Positions 36,588 through 38,246 of a stretch of DNA of 38,246 nucleotides are shown piece by piece. This DNA comes from a virus. Taxonomy: Duplodnaviria; Caudoviricetes. The DNA lies in the IMG/VR virus record IMGVR_UViG_3300027566_000356, positions 1 to 38,246 of that record. One strand, written 5' to 3'. Position numbers and translations under genes: made by a program. The notes beneath the pieces are model-generated. The model saw nothing but the letters and a program-made list of their open reading frames with translations. It was not told the DNA's origin and did not search any database. Position 1 is the first letter of the stretch, and the number at the start of each line of letters is the position of its first letter.

Positions 36588-36636
36588 TGCCCATTTTGAT
36601 GGGTAGTTTGTGCCGGGGGAGAGTTATTGTGACGTT

Positions 36637-37020
36637 TTAGAAAAAAACAGCCAATATTTTTTTATAAGTATTTGGATCCGATACAGCTAAAAATTTTCTA
36701 CCATCTTTCAACCGACACGCAAAAGTGATTTCTTTTTTATTTCCTCCTGCCAATACTCCTGCCGCGCCAGCAACAATCGCGCCTAAACCACCAGTTAAAA
36801 TACCAGCAGCAATCCCGCTAGCTAATCCCCACCCAGTTGCTCCTAGTATTTTCTTTTTATTTTCTTCGGTAATAACGTCTAAGCTTTCGATATTATAGCT
36901 TAATACAACGCTCTTTGTATTTAAAAAACCGTGAACCAAATTTAACTCCCCATATTTTTTATCAAGCGAAGAATTTTCAGGGAAATCGCCAGCGATTACT
37001 TTAAACGACATAAATACCAA
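36637..37020 (-). CDS. Small membrane protein with a glycine-zipper hairpin
   Basis: GATGWGLASGIAAGILTGGLGAIVAGAAGVLAGG flanked by beta-rich segments; start may be 37011. Confidence 0.75.
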   Translation of the reverse strand: MVFMSFKVIAGDFPENSSLDKKYGELNLVHGFLNTKSVVLSYNIESLDVITEENKKKILGATGWGLASGIAAGILTGGLGAIVAGAAGVLAGGNKKEITFACRLKDGRKFLAVSDPNTYKKILAVFF

Positions 37021-37179
37021 CCCTTTACTATTTAATCTAATGCTATAGCTTTCGACAAAATGGTTTAAATTACCTGCAAAACATAAAAAAATACCCAGTA
37101 TAGTAGCTGGGCGGGAATGTGTGTTTAATGAAGGAAACCGTTTTATACCGACATAAACAACACAAAAAGAACCTACTAA

Positions 37180-37377
37180 TCATTCTAGATCGGTAGGTTC
37201 TTTCTTTATGTTATCGATGAATTTTCTATATTTCCTCTTTTTCAATAAATCATCTATAGCTTCATCCATAAAACTAGATATCGATCTTTTAGTACATGCT
37301 GATAATTGCCGGATAGATGCGGCATGCCATTTTAATAAAGTAGTACCAACTTTCTCTCTGTTTTTTAAATCTCCCAT
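37180..37377 (-). CDS. Ribbon-helix-helix DNA-binding protein
   Basis: LKNR...GTTL......IRQLS..TK.SISSFMDEAIDDLLKK; RBS GAGGTG before ATG 37377; tandem AAGCTTC(A/T)AG at 37421-37440 upstream. Confidence 0.75.
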   Translation of the reverse strand: MGDLKNREKVGTTLLKWHAASIRQLSACTKRSISSFMDEAIDDLLKKRKYRKFIDNIKKEPTDLE

Positions 37378-37605
37378 ATATGCACCTCGTAAATATTGTA
37401 TCATTGCAAATGCATACTGTAAGCTTCAAGAAGCTTCTAGAAATTTAAAATATTTTATTTGTCAAGCAGGAATATTTGATTTTGTCCGTTAAGGTAAATA
37501 ATATATCAATAAAATCCACCTTTTACTAGAGGCGGATTTCAACAAAAATTGCTATAATTGGACATGATATAAAATATGTTTGTTAGTGATTTATAGCAAT
37601 GGAGG

Positions 37606-37824
37606 TTGATTGTCCCAAAGCTTAGGATTGAGTCCTTGCGTATACAACGTAAACTTACTATCAGGGGACTTGCTGAGTTAAGCGGTGTCTCGAAAACCGT
37701 TATTGGGGATATAGCAATAGGTATAAAAAACAAGTTAAGTAAAAAGCAGGAGCAGGGGTTTTGCAAAGCGTTTGGTTGCAACCTCGTAGATCTGTATGAA
37801 AAAGAAGATGAATTATATGATTAA
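37606..37824 (+). CDS. XRE/Cro-like helix-turn-helix regulator
   Basis: LR.QRKLTIRGLAELSGVSKTVI..I..G...CKAFGC...DL; start codon ambiguous. Confidence 0.75.
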   Translation: MIVPKLRIESLRIQRKLTIRGLAELSGVSKTVIGDIAIGIKNKLSKKQEQGFCKAFGCNLVDLYEKEDELYD

Positions 37825-37938
37825 CAAACATAATAATCAATCCACTTCAAGGCCACCTTAATAAGTGGTCTTTTCTTTTTGTCGAAATTAGGATAAATAT
37901 GTAGGAATAAAGTCATATGTATTTATATTTAAAAGGTG

Positions 37939-37957
37939 TATAATAGAACATATGTTC
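37939..37957 (+). promoter_or_regulatory. -10 element with an adjacent perfect LexA box
   Basis: TATAAT 37939-44; GAACatatGTTC 37946-57. Confidence 0.8.
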
Positions 37958-38012
37958 GACATAACGGATAAAAAAAATAGCCACTATTAGGTGACTAATT
38001 GGGGGAAATTAT

Positions 38013-38246
38013 ATGCAAAAGCAAATGTTAAAAAATATTGTTACTGGGCAGGGAATGAAGAATGATGAATTGGAATATAACGTGCAGGAATTCATTGTTA
38101 GGTTGCAAGAGGAAATTGATAATAGGCTAAGCGATGTTAAAATGTCAGAAAAAGAATATATATGTGCCAATAACGCTTATAAACAAGGTTTTTTTGAGGG
38201 GATTAAAGCAGCACTAATTATTAAAAATAAGAGTTTATCCATTTGA
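38013..38246 (+). CDS. Small hypothetical protein, probably SOS-regulated
   Basis: 77 aa, AYKQGFFEG helix; RBS GGGGG; downstream of the LexA-boxed promoter. Confidence 0.6.
   Translation: MQKQMLKNIVTGQGMKNDELEYNVQEFIVRLQEEIDNRLSDVKMSEKEYICANNAYKQGFFEGIKAALIIKNKSLSI

Noticed and set aside
36254-36636. CRISPR mini-array, type III antitoxin repeats or retron msr-msd
   Set aside because: No tandem repeat-spacer periodicity (only a 9-nt shared motif) and no cas, ToxN or RT gene in the window.
1-38246. tRNA/rRNA genes, integrase, att sites, IS elements
   Set aside because: No cloverleaf with T-loop consensus, recombinase or transposase motif recognised. att sites cannot be identified without the other prophage end.

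Overview
The window is the complete late (morphogenesis and lysis) region of a temperate siphovirus or prophage, followed by an accessory-gene ('moron') region. The host is most likely a diderm Firmicute (Negativicutes, Sporomusaceae-like). This is an inference from Firmicute-type GAAC-N4-GTTC LexA boxes and GGAGG RBSs combined with a lambda-like tail tip, a catalytic-domain-only endolysin and proteins ending in outer-membrane beta-signals. Gene order on the + strand: 3' end of a probable late activator, terminase large subunit, inserted Zn-ribbon/PD-(D/E)xK homing endonuclease with its own promoter and structured leader, DUF1073-type portal, MuF minor head protein with a C-terminal extension plus a small downstream gene (toxin/immunity-like), DUF2213 protease/scaffold, decoration protein, major capsid, neck genes, major tail, frameshifted tail chaperone, tape measure with a lysozyme domain, gpM/L/K/J-like tip, fibre/SPRY/beta-helix tailspike, antisense O-acyltransferase, holins and GH25 endolysin, a post-lysis LamG fibre cassette and candidate non-canonical spanins. 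The right end holds a LexA-boxed LamG-FN3 gene, an ABC-ATPase + TOPRIM/RloB-like probable defence pair followed by two structured non-coding elements, and small regulators. Best leads for something new: the ATPase/TOPRIM pair with adjacent structured RNAs, the MuF C-terminal toxin/immunity pair, the antisense/pseudoknot leader of the homing endonuclease, the TM + beta-signal spanin candidate, and the bead-chain-like fibre cassette. All family calls come from motif recognition by eye; no searches were run.
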